The notes beneath the pieces are model-generated. The model was given only the letters and a program-made list of their open reading frames with translations, made no database searches and was not told the DNA's origin. 29,305 nucleotides of DNA from an uncultured Eubacteriales bacterium (GTDB lineage: Bacteria; Bacillota; JAAYKD01), in contig CAZAFY010000001.1 of assembly GCA_964484445.1 (NCBI GenBank), positions 1-29,305 on the forward strand. The letters run 5' to 3'. The position numbers and the translations under genes are program-made. Positions 9,067-17,576 of this stretch are shown here, piece by piece. Position 1 is the first letter of the stretch. The number at the start of each line of letters is the position of its first letter.

Positions 9067-10809
9067 ATGTCAACGGTCAATCTGAGTATCAATGGCTTGC
9101 CTGTTTCTGTGGAAGCCGGCACCACCATTTTGGATGCAGCAAAAACAGTGGGTATCAAGATTCCCTCCTTATGCTATCTGCATTTACCCGATGTCGATGT
9201 TGTTTGTAAAAGTTCTTCCTGTCGTGTATGTTTGGTTGAAATCGAAGGACGCCGCAATTTAGCACCTTCTTGCTCGACCACAGTCGTAGAAGGCATGATC
9301 GTCAAAGCCGATACTGCTCGTGCTGTAGATGCTCGAAAAACCATGTTAGAACTGATGCTTTCGAATCATCCTCACAATTGTTTATTCTGCAAACGGCGCG
9401 AATCCTGTGAACTCAAGGCGTTATCGGCAGAAATGGGAATCGATGAACTTCCCTTTCAGGCTCCGGTGCCGGAAGCAGATCTCGACACCTCGAACTTCTC
9501 CATTATTCGAGACACCTCAAAATGTATTTTATGCCGTCGTTGTGAGACTGTTTGTACCGAAGTTCAAACGATGGGCATTTACTCGGGCGTAAACCGAGGG
9601 TTCGATACTCGTATCGACACAGCGTTCCATACTCCTATGATGAGTACGGCTTGCACCTTCTGTGGACAATGCGTAGCTATTTGCCCCACAGCAGCTCTGA
9701 CCGAAGTCGACAATACTCCTGCCGTCTTCAAAGCTTTACGTGATCCAAAGAAAACAGTCATCGTTCAGACCGCTCCTGCGGTTCGTGTGGCTTTGGGTGA
9801 AGAATTGGGCTACCCAGTCGGCACCAATGTAACCGGAAAAATGGTCACCGCTTTGCGACGTTTAGGCTTTGACAAAGTTGTTGACACCGACTTTACTGCC
9901 GACTTGACGATTATTGAAGAAGCTACTGAACTGATTCATCGCATCCAGAACAACGGCGTATTACCCATGATGACCAGCTGTTGTCCGGCTTGGATCAAAT
10001 TTTTAGAACATAAATTCCCGCATCTATTACCCCATTTATCGACTTGCAAATCTCCTCATGAGATGTTGGGAGCAGTAATCAAGGCGTTCTATGCTGAAAA
10101 GTTAAACGTCAAACTTGATGATCTCATCGTAGTCTCTGTCATGCCTTGTTTGGCGAAGAAATACGAGAACAATCGTCCCGAGCTAAGCGATGGAAAATAT
10201 CCCGATGTCGACATCGTAATTTCTACCCGCGAATTGGGAGCCATGATCAAACATTCCGGCCTACAATTCAAGAGTTTGCCGGACGCTGATTTCGACCGAC
10301 CCTTTGGCGAAAGTTCCGGTGCCTCCGTCATCTTTGGTACGACCGGTGGCGTAATGGAAGCTGCTTTACGTACTGCTTATGAAACCCTCACCGGCAGAAC
10401 ATTGGATCATGTTGAATTCGAAGAAGTGCGTGGCTTTGAAGGGATCCGATCCGGTAATGTTATGATCGGTGATTTAGAAGTTAAAGTAGCCATTGCTCAT
10501 ACCCTCAGAAATGCTCGTAAGCTCATGGAAGAGGTCGAAAATGGCACTGCTGATTATCATTTCATTGAAGTTATGGCTTGTCCGGGTGGATGCATTGGTG
10601 GAGGTGGTCAACCTTATCATCATGGAGAAATGGACACCTTGCGCAAACGGGCTGCTGCTCTCTACAGCGCAGATGAAGCCAAAGTCATCCGTCGTTCTCA
10701 TGAGAATCCCGATATCACGCGGTTGTATCAAGACTTCCTAGGAGAACCGAATGGACATCTAGCTCACGAATTGTTACATACCCACTACGTCAAAAGAAGT
10801 AAACACTAA
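9067..10809 (+). CDS. hydA: [FeFe]-hydrogenase catalytic alpha subunit (group A, multimeric)
   Basis: H-cluster motifs TSCCPAW, MPCLAKKYE, EVMACPGGCIGGGGQP; N-terminal 2Fe-2S, His-ligated 4Fe-4S (HPHNCLFC) and 2x[4Fe-4S]. Confidence 0.96.
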   Translation: MSTVNLSINGLPVSVEAGTTILDAAKTVGIKIPSLCYLHLPDVDVVCKSSSCRVCLVEIEGRRNLAPSCSTTVVEGMIVKADTARAVDARKTMLELMLSNHPHNCLFCKRRESCELKALSAEMGIDELPFQAPVPEADLDTSNFSIIRDTSKCILCRRCETVCTEVQTMGIYSGVNRGFDTRIDTAFHTPMMSTACTFCGQCVAICPTAALTEVDNTPAVFKALRDPKKTVIVQTAPAVRVALGEELGYPVGTNVTGKMVTALRRLGFDKVVDTDFTADLTIIEEATELIHRIQNNGVLPMMTSCCPAWIKFLEHKFPHLLPHLSTCKSPHEMLGAVIKAFYAEKLNVKLDDLIVVSVMPCLAKKYENNRPELSDGKYPDVDIVISTRELGAMIKHSGLQFKSLPDADFDRPFGESSGASVIFGTTGGVMEAALRTAYETLTGRTLDHVEFEEVRGFEGIRSGNVMIGDLEVKVAIAHTLRNARKLMEEVENGTADYHFIEVMACPGGCIGGGGQPYHHGEMDTLRKRAAALYSADEAKVIRRSHENPDITRLYQDFLGEPNGHLAHELLHTHYVKRSKH

Positions 10810-10814
10810 AACAA

Positions 10815-10842
10815 ACACCGTCGAGTGAAAACTCGACGGTGT
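10815..10842. terminator. Probable bidirectional terminator
   Basis: Perfect 12-bp stem ACACCGTCGAGT-GAAA-ACTCGACGGTGT between convergent genes. Confidence 0.85.
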
Positions 10843-10847
10843 ATTTC

Positions 10848-11594
10848 TTATCCACGTATTGCTAAAAACAAAGTTGAGGGGGAATCCTCTTGCCACGTCG
10901 TCCCTTCTACACTACCATAGAAATCTACTACCACAAATCCAGCGTCTTGCAACATTTTCTGAATTTGCAGTCGTCGTATTGGATAAACCACGATTTCTTG
11001 CTTGGTCAACTCCTTTGCATCAATGCGCAATAAGGATAATTCAGTCTGCATGCTGAGATACCCATCATTACGTAAGCGGAGTTTGCGTTGCACTCGAATA
11101 CCGGTATCTTCATTGACCAAATCCGGTAACTCACGAACTTTATAATCTAAGAGCATATCATAGTTGAACAGTTGCATAACCAACCGCCCGCCTTTATTCA
11201 GCAAGGTAGCAGCCTGCTTGAAAAAAGCTTGATATTCACTTTCGTCTTTTAAAACGGAGGATGCGTTGTTTAGACAAAGGATCACATGATAACTACTGGG
11301 CTTACCGGGCAACTCCAATAACGGTGCCGACTCAAATTGTAAGGCTCTTGGTACTTTATCTTTCATGGAATACGCTTTCGCGTTCCTGAGTAAAGCTTGC
11401 TCGCTTTCAACTGCGGTTACGACCGAGCCCGATACTGCTAAAGCATGCGCTAACTCTCCCCCACCGCATGCGGCATCCAAAACATGGGCAGATGAAAGAT
11501 TGCCTATTTCATTGGTCAGAAAACTAACCATTCCCAAGGAAGGTTGCACCAAAGTAGCATAATAATCGATGAATCCATACATAATATCGGACAT
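10848..11594 (-). CDS. Class I SAM-dependent methyltransferase
   Basis: Motif I VLDAACGGGELA, acidic end of beta2 (AVES), YHVILCL, LNKGGRLVMQ; GGAGG RBS; 18 nt after the LysR stop. Confidence 0.85.
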   Translation of the reverse strand: MSDIMYGFIDYYATLVQPSLGMVSFLTNEIGNLSSAHVLDAACGGGELAHALAVSGSVVTAVESEQALLRNAKAYSMKDKVPRALQFESAPLLELPGKPSSYHVILCLNNASSVLKDESEYQAFFKQAATLLNKGGRLVMQLFNYDMLLDYKVRELPDLVNEDTGIRVQRKLRLRNDGYLSMQTELSLLRIDAKELTKQEIVVYPIRRLQIQKMLQDAGFVVVDFYGSVEGTTWQEDSPSTLFLAIRG

Positions 11595-11612
11595 CTGTAT
11601 CCCTCCAATGGT

Positions 11613-12488
11613 TTACTGATTCTTTAGAATCTTCCTTGCCAAGGATAAGAATTCCTCCTTCAAGTAGAAAGAATTCTCTTTTCGGTAGATCAGTGAATTG
11701 CAACGGGCGGAGGGTAAGAATTTTTCTTGCTGAATGATGCGCAATCTCCCTCGCTCAATCGCTTGGCTGACAGCCCGTACCGGCAGTAGTGTATATCCTA
11801 ATCCGGCTGCTGCCATTTCACGAAGCGCTTCTATACTATCCATTTCCATAACGTTTTCCGGAACAAAACCGTGCTGAGCAAAAAATTGATCAATATAGGT
11901 GCGAAAGCCTGTTCCTCTGGCAAAGATCAACCAAGGGCCTAAGGCTAATTCCGCTAAACTGTGAGGATGCAGTTCCGGCGAAGCCACAATCGCCATGGTA
12001 TCATAAAAAAGCGGTTCTACCGTGAGTCGTGCGTGGATCACTTCTGAACTGACCAGACCAACATGAGCGGTTCCGTCTTCGACCATGCGCACTGTTTCTG
12101 TTGTTTTTCCGGAGTAAACCGTCAATTGTGCCTTTGGAAATTGTTTGCGATACATTGCCAAGACTCGTGGCAACAAATAGGTCATGGTCACGCTCCCGGC
12201 TACCACGACCAAGCGTCCTTGATAAGGGTCAATCGCCTGTGCAGCTTCCGCTTTCAATTCTTGAACTTGACTGACGATTCTTTGAGCACGTGGTAAGATC
12301 ATCTCTCCAAAGGGTGTAAGCTGAAGTTGCCTACCTTTTCTCACAAAAAGCTGCCCGCCCAGTTCTCCCTCTAATTGCTGGATTTGCTTACTGACAGCGG
12401 GTTGGCTGAAACCAAGTAAATCTCCGGTTCGTGTCATATTCAACGTTTCAGCAGTTCTGCAAAAAACCAAGAGTTGCTGTACTTCCAT
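11613..12488 (-). CDS. LysR-family transcriptional regulator
   Basis: HTH (SQPAVSKQIQQLEGELGGQLFVR..R...LTPFG) plus substrate-binding domain. Start ATG 12488 preferred. Confidence 0.93.
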   Translation of the reverse strand: MEVQQLLVFCRTAETLNMTRTGDLLGFSQPAVSKQIQQLEGELGGQLFVRKGRQLQLTPFGEMILPRAQRIVSQVQELKAEAAQAIDPYQGRLVVVAGSVTMTYLLPRVLAMYRKQFPKAQLTVYSGKTTETVRMVEDGTAHVGLVSSEVIHARLTVEPLFYDTMAIVASPELHPHSLAELALGPWLIFARGTGFRTYIDQFFAQHGFVPENVMEMDSIEALREMAAAGLGYTLLPVRAVSQAIERGRLRIIQQEKFLPSARCNSLIYRKENSFYLKEEFLSLARKILKNQ

Positions 12489-12619
12489 TACCACCACCCC
12501 TTTCAAGTATTCCTTATGGTTATGATTCAATAGAAGATTATCATTTCCCTGCTATGGCTTGGTTATTGTATAATCTTTTTGTTGGATATTTATCCCAAAG
12601 ATGGAAAGGCGTGATTTTT

Positions 12620-13891
12620 ATGTCAGTCAGAGCAATCGTTGGAGCACAATGGGGAGACGAGGGCAAGGGTAAAATTGTCGATCTTTTGGCACAAGAGGCC
12701 GATATCGTAGTTCGATTTCAGGGAGGGGCGAATGCGGGACACACCGTAGTCAATTCGTATGGCAAGTTTGCTTTACATCTGATTCCCTGTGGAATCTTTA
12801 ATCCCAAAGTCACCAACATTATTGGTACCGGTACCGTCGTAGACCCGGCTGGCTTAGTAACCGAAATTTCACAATTACATCAAGCCGGTATTTCTACAAA
12901 GCAGTTGAAGATATCAAATCGTGCTCATTTATCGATTCCTCTTTACGGTTATTTAGACCGTTTGTTGGAATTGGCCCGTGGTAACTCTGCTCAAGGATCC
13001 ACCCTAAGAGGGATCGCACCGGCATATGCTGCAAAAAGTTTACGGGTTGGCTTGCAAATGGGCAGCATGCTCAACCGAGAACGTTTTATGCAATCTCTGC
13101 GTGACATTTTGGTCAGTGGCAATCAACTGATTGAAGCGGTCTTCAAAGAGAAAGCAATCGACATTGATGCAACTTTAATTGAATTTGAAGAATACCTACG
13201 AGTCTTATCGCCGTATATCTGTGATACGCTTCCAATTTTACACCAAGCTGCCAAAGAAGATAAAAATATACTCTTGGAAGGTCAATTAGGGGTGATGCGC
13301 GATCTCGATTGGGGAATTTATCCTTATAGCACCTCTTCCAACCCCACTTCCGGTGGAGCTGCTTCCGGCAGCGGTTTACCTCCGCATCTAATCAGTAGAG
13401 TAACCGGTATAGTAAAGGCTTTCTCAACAGCCGTAGGCGCCGGCCCTTTCCCTACTGAACTCAAAGATGAAGTAGGTTCGTACTTACGCGACTTTGGCGA
13501 AGAATTTGGTGCCACAACCGGTAGACCACGGCGTTGCGGTTGGCTTGACTTAAATGCTCTCCGTTATGCTGCCCAACTCAATGGGTTCACCGATGTCGCT
13601 ATTACAAAATTAGATACTTTGGATCAATTAGAGCATCTCAAAGTTTGTACGCATTATCGACTCGATGGTCAAATCGTGGAAGGAATGCCCTTAGCAGAAG
13701 ACTTAGAACGTGTGGAACCGGTCTACGTTGAAATGCCCGGCTGGAACTGTTCTACCCAGCAAGTGAGAAGTTGGCAAGATCTACCCAAAGAAACCAAAGC
13801 CTATGTAGAATTGATCGAAGAAGCCTGTGGGGTCAAAGCCTCTTGGCTTTCGGTTGGTCCCTCGCGAGAAGCCACCTTCCGTCGTAGTTAA
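12620..13891 (+). CDS. purA: Adenylosuccinate synthetase family protein, divergent paralog
   Basis: GAQWGDEGKGK, GGANAGHT, EFGATTGRPRRCGWLD, TKLD, SVGP; but EGQLG replaces EGAQG and STAVG replaces STRVG. Start ATG 12620 (the ORF-track extension covers the promoter region). Family is certain, function is not. Confidence 0.85.
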   Translation: MSVRAIVGAQWGDEGKGKIVDLLAQEADIVVRFQGGANAGHTVVNSYGKFALHLIPCGIFNPKVTNIIGTGTVVDPAGLVTEISQLHQAGISTKQLKISNRAHLSIPLYGYLDRLLELARGNSAQGSTLRGIAPAYAAKSLRVGLQMGSMLNRERFMQSLRDILVSGNQLIEAVFKEKAIDIDATLIEFEEYLRVLSPYICDTLPILHQAAKEDKNILLEGQLGVMRDLDWGIYPYSTSSNPTSGGAASGSGLPPHLISRVTGIVKAFSTAVGAGPFPTELKDEVGSYLRDFGEEFGATTGRPRRCGWLDLNALRYAAQLNGFTDVAITKLDTLDQLEHLKVCTHYRLDGQIVEGMPLAEDLERVEPVYVEMPGWNCSTQQVRSWQDLPKETKAYVELIEEACGVKASWLSVGPSREATFRRS

Positions 13892-13900
13892 AAAAGAAGC

Positions 13901-13929
13901 TTGAATTTAGTTTCATTTCAAGGTATACT
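13901..13929 (+). promoter_or_regulatory. Sigma-A promoter candidate for the OsmC-like gene
   Basis: TTGAAT-17 nt-TATACT, 29 nt before ATG 13959. Confidence 0.7.
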
Positions 13930-13958
13930 TAAAGTATCAACTACAAGGAGGTTTTTCC

Positions 13959-14330
13959 ATGGCCTACATGTCTTTTTCTCTCACGCCACAAGGCACCTTG
14001 ATTCAAATGGAAGGCAAAGCCGACCAACTCGTCAACAAAGAAAACTTTGGCCCAACCGATCACTTCTTTGCCGGGATCGGCGCCTGAATGTATGCTGGAA
14101 TTGCGTCTTACGGACGTAAATTCGAGCTTCCGGTGGAAGCTATTACCATGACCCTAGATACTACAAAAAACGAAACCACTCGTTTGATCAACAAGATGGA
14201 TTTCCAAGTCAAATTCCCCGAAGGGTTCCCTCCTCAACATCTGCAATCGATCTTGAAAAACATGAACGCTTGTTATGTTAAAAAACATTTGTATGATCCT
14301 CCTGAAGTCACAGTGACGGTCATAGAATAA
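13959..14330 (+). CDS. OsmC/Ohr-family protein, probable selenoprotein (TGA 14085-14087 = Sec43; 123 aa)
   Basis: AAGGAGG RBS before ATG 13959; MAYMSF...FGPTDHFFAGIGA-[TGA]-MYAGI... continues in frame into ORF 14088-14330. The TGA occupies the first conserved OsmC Cys; the second Cys is in NACYVKKHL. Confidence 0.8.
14094..14141 (+). promoter_or_regulatory. Candidate SECIS hairpin(s) of the OsmC-like gene
   Basis: Hairpin GCT-G-GAATTGCGTC-TTACG-GACGTAAATTC-G-AGC (loop at +21 from UGA) and overlapping AGCTTCC-GGT-GGAAGCT (loop at +45). Folded by eye. Confidence 0.5.
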
Positions 14331-14339
14331 CAGATCAAT

Positions 14340-14393
14340 AAAAACCCCACCCTATACTTTTGAACGAATCAAGAGCATTGGGTGGGGTTTTTT
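14340..14393. terminator. Bidirectional terminator
   Basis: AAAAACCCCACCC...GGGTGGGGTTTTT with an inner CTTTTGA/TCAAGAG stem, between convergent genes. Confidence 0.8.
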
Positions 14394-14401
14394 ATCTCTC
14401 A

Positions 14402-14815
14402 TTATTTAAACAACCGGATGATCAAGAAACTAATGGTTGCGGTTGCCCCGCTCAAAAAAGTTCCCCAGATCAAATCGATGATTGTGATCATAATCGGCCA
14501 ATCGCGTATCGTAGCCAAATTGGTCAGATCATAGGTAGCATAAGTGACAAAGCCAAAGAACATACCGGTAAACAAAGCAACCTGCCAACTCTGCTTTGCT
14601 AAAGCCGGATTGATTACAAAAAACAACATACCCACAATAAAAATGGCGTAGAAGATGAAGGCAGCTGCAAAATTGGTTTTCGGCGCCATGAGGTAGCCTA
14701 ATTTTTCAGTATACAAGTTTTTAGCTACAAACCCCAACCAAATCAGATCGATGACTAAAAAAACGCCAAAGGAAATGAAGAAATTGCGGAAATCCGCACC
14801 ACTGATCGAACTCAT
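14402..14815 (-). CDS. DUF2177-like membrane protein
   Basis: IDLIWLG, FY..FIVG, FG..TYATYDLTN.AT...W......IDLIWGT motifs. Start ATG 14815 (AAGGTG RBS). Confidence 0.8.
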   Translation of the reverse strand: MSSISGADFRNFFISFGVFLVIDLIWLGFVAKNLYTEKLGYLMAPKTNFAAAFIFYAIFIVGMLFFVINPALAKQSWQVALFTGMFFGFVTYATYDLTNLATIRDWPIMITIIDLIWGTFLSGATATISFLIIRLFK

Positions 14816-14834
14816 GGTCACACCTTCTCTTTGC

Positions 14835-15590
14835 TTACTTTTTGGGGAACCAGGGGATGAAGACAGGGGTTTTCTCGGCATATTCTTTGAATCCGGGGCG
14901 TTTCATCATAGAACGTTCTAACATTGGCACTCCGGAAACAAAGACCAATAAATACGTGATCACTGCAGGACTGATAATCACCCAAAACGGAGCTCCGGAA
15001 GCGCGAGATAGTACATAAATCCCCCACCACATCACGGACTCCCCAAAATAGTTGGGATGACGTGTATATTTCCATAGACCTTCGGTCATGATTTTACCCT
15101 TATTTTCAGGATTTTCCTTAAAGGCTTCCAACTGCCAATCACCTACTGCTTCAAAATAGAAGCCGATCACCCAAATAAGACCTCCCAGCCCGGTCAAAGA
15201 TGGATTCCATAGATTCGCGTCTGTTCCGGCAAATATGATGCCGAGAGCGACGACTAACATAAAGAAAGCTTGAGTCATGTAAACTTGCAGAAAAGCTCGA
15301 GGAACAACCATACTTCCCCATTCTTTACGCCATTGCGCATAGCGGAAATCTTCGGGCTTCCCCCAGTTGCGACGAATGATATGATAAAACAAACGCAATC
15401 CCCAAATGGATACCATGAGGGTCATCACCGTTACCGGAATCGGCACCGGCCTGCGGGTCAACCAAGCATACCAAGAAATAATCACAAAACCGATCCCCCA
15501 ACCGATATCAACAATGGAATTATTCTTGATCACGGTACCTACGATAAAGAAGAGGATAAAGTATATAAAAATCAGTGCAACAACATCCAT
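14835..15590 (-). CDS. DUF1295 / steroid 5-alpha-reductase-like membrane protein
   Basis: NNSIVDIGWG, WGLRL, EDFRYAQWR, EAVGDWQL..FK, GLWKYTRHPNYFGE..WWG, SGVPMLE. Confidence 0.85.
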   Translation of the reverse strand: MDVVALIFIYFILFFIVGTVIKNNSIVDIGWGIGFVIISWYAWLTRRPVPIPVTVMTLMVSIWGLRLFYHIIRRNWGKPEDFRYAQWRKEWGSMVVPRAFLQVYMTQAFFMLVVALGIIFAGTDANLWNPSLTGLGGLIWVIGFYFEAVGDWQLEAFKENPENKGKIMTEGLWKYTRHPNYFGESVMWWGIYVLSRASGAPFWVIISPAVITYLLVFVSGVPMLERSMMKRPGFKEYAEKTPVFIPWFPKK

Positions 15591-15602
15591 GCCTTCAACT
15601 CC

Positions 15603-17399
15603 TTAAACTTTTATAAAACAAACCGCAACACTGCCCGGACCGGAATGAATAGCAACCACCGAGGAGATTTCTGTGATAAATGCCGGTTCTTTCCCGATCT
15701 TGCTGCGTAAAAGATCTTTATATTCCAATGCCAATGCCAGATTATCCGCATGAACAATACAGTAATCTTCGATACCACCGCTTTGAAGTGCTTCATCCAC
15801 CAGTTTCATGATTCGAGAGGTGATCCCCTTTTGACTGAATGCAGCACCAAAGGCGATTCCTTTGCCGGCTTCATCAATCGACATGATCGGACGAACTCCT
15901 AACATATTCCCGATTTTGCCAACCGTATTGGGAACCCTTCCCCCCTTCGCTGCAAATTCCAGCGTATTCAAACAGACGTATATTTTGCTTTTGGCAATGC
16001 GTTCTTGAACAAGAGTTGCGATTTGATCATGGTCCAACCCCTGACTTCGCGCTTCCACAGCAGCTTTAACAATCAATCCTTGCGCACCGCTGTTGAGCAG
16101 ACTGTCAATGACTGTAATCCTCTTCCCCATTGCCTGTAACTGGTTCGCTTCTTTCTCCAAAGCTGCATGCGTACCGCTCATCTTGGAAGAAACCGTGATC
16201 ACAATCAGGCTCTCGAATTGATCTGCAGCCCATTGCAGATATTGGCTGATTCTTCCCGGTTCGGGTTGTGAACTGGTAGGGTGATGTGCGGTAGTTTTCA
16301 TGCGCTGGAAAAGCTGTTGTAAGCGAATGGTGGTTTTATCTAGATAAATCAGGTCGTCCAGCAACAACCCCAAAGGCAAAACCGGAATTTGTTGTGCCAA
16401 AACTAATTCACCGGAAAGATCAGCTATGGAATCCGTTAAAATCCCGATCGGTGATATTCTCTGATTGATGATTCGATTTTGCAGTTCCATATCATCAACA
16501 ATCTGATCAATGATCCTTCCCCATTTGCGCAATCTTTCCACAACCAATTCCGGTGTATTGGTATGGATATGAATTTTTAGTTTTCGTTCCATGGTTGTAA
16601 CAAGTAGGGAATCGCCAAATTCACGCAAATCAGCTTTGACCCGATCTACAAAGCCGGAGTCCGACATTCCTGTTTCAATCTCCACTGTTATGGTCGTGCA
16701 GTAACGAAACAAGATCTTTTCGACCTGATGATGATCAACATTTTCAACCACCAATTCGTCCTCTACCGGTTGGCTCACATGCAACGATTCACTGGCAAGA
16801 AAGCGATTGATCCCTTGAACGAAGAACAAGAAGCCTGCCGCACCAGAATCGACAACATTGTTCTTCCGTAATAATTCCAATTGCTCCTTGGTGTGCTCCA
16901 ACGACTGGGCTACGATTTGCTGGGAGTCCCGTAAAAATTCCAGGAACCCCTGATAATGCTGATGATTCTGAACCAGGAAAGTAGCCCAATCTTTGATGAC
17001 ACTGATGATCGTTCCCTCTACCGGTTGATCAATAGCTTGGTACATCCCTTTTACAGCTCGATTCGCAATTAAGGCAAAATCAGATAACCCTATTTTCTCA
17101 AAAGGTCCGGCTTCAACCGCCATGGCATTGACATAGGCAGCAAAAATGATCCCTGAATTTCCCCTAGCATTGGCCAAGCCGGTTTGCGAAATTTCATGCA
17201 GCATGCTATTAAAAGCCGTCTTGCGACTGGTTTTATCGACCATGGCCCGTAAAGTAACCACTAAATTGCTACCGGTATCGCCGTCGGCAACCGGAAAAAC
17301 ATTGATTGAATTCAAGTATTTACGATGCTCATGAATTTCTTCGGCCCCATATTTAAACCAACCGTATAAATCGGTTCTGGTAATAAATTGTCTGTTCAT
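15603..17399 (-). CDS. DAK2 (FakA-like) - DegV (FakB-like) fusion, putative fatty acid kinase
   Basis: NVFPVADGDTGSNL and ARGNSG (DAK2); YCT...HIHT middle domain; SSQP, SSKMSGT, GGR, HSGPG (DegV). Start ATG 17399 preferred. Confidence 0.88.
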   Translation of the reverse strand: MNRQFITRTDLYGWFKYGAEEIHEHRKYLNSINVFPVADGDTGSNLVVTLRAMVDKTSRKTAFNSMLHEISQTGLANARGNSGIIFAAYVNAMAVEAGPFEKIGLSDFALIANRAVKGMYQAIDQPVEGTIISVIKDWATFLVQNHQHYQGFLEFLRDSQQIVAQSLEHTKEQLELLRKNNVVDSGAAGFLFFVQGINRFLASESLHVSQPVEDELVVENVDHHQVEKILFRYCTTITVEIETGMSDSGFVDRVKADLREFGDSLLVTTMERKLKIHIHTNTPELVVERLRKWGRIIDQIVDDMELQNRIINQRISPIGILTDSIADLSGELVLAQQIPVLPLGLLLDDLIYLDKTTIRLQQLFQRMKTTAHHPTSSQPEPGRISQYLQWAADQFESLIVITVSSKMSGTHAALEKEANQLQAMGKRITVIDSLLNSGAQGLIVKAAVEARSQGLDHDQIATLVQERIAKSKIYVCLNTLEFAAKGGRVPNTVGKIGNMLGVRPIMSIDEAGKGIAFGAAFSQKGITSRIMKLVDEALQSGGIEDYCIVHADNLALALEYKDLLRSKIGKEPAFITEISSVVAIHSGPGSVAVCFIKV

Positions 17400-17576
17400 T
17401 TTACACCCCACAATGAAAATTTGTAACGATTTCTTAGTAGGAATAGTTCTCCATAGCAATTAAAATTCCTTTACCAAGGGAGAAACTTTAGAAAAAAACA
17501 ACTTGAAAAAATTGTTATTTTCTGGTATTCTCTATTTGTTCATTTTTTCGTTAACTTTGTACGAAAGGGGTACTGT

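Noticed and set aside
9067-10809. Sensory or otherwise atypical hydrogenase
   Set aside because: All three H-cluster motifs are canonical, including the proton-transfer Cys in TSCCP; no PAS or phosphatase domain.
12620-13891. PurZ (2-aminoadenine, Z-genome) synthetase
   Set aside because: The catalytic Asp of WGDEGKG is retained whereas PurZ has Ser there, and there is no phage, dATPase or polymerase context.
13901-14119. 72-aa ORF
   Set aside because: Starts on the -35 hexamer and overlaps the OsmC-like gene in another frame; no RBS or recognisable motif.
13959-14330. OsmC-like pseudogene with a nonsense mutation
   Set aside because: The only stop is TGA at the conserved Cys column, promoter and RBS are intact, and a second gene in the window shows the same pattern. 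Not fully excluded without seeing the sel genes.
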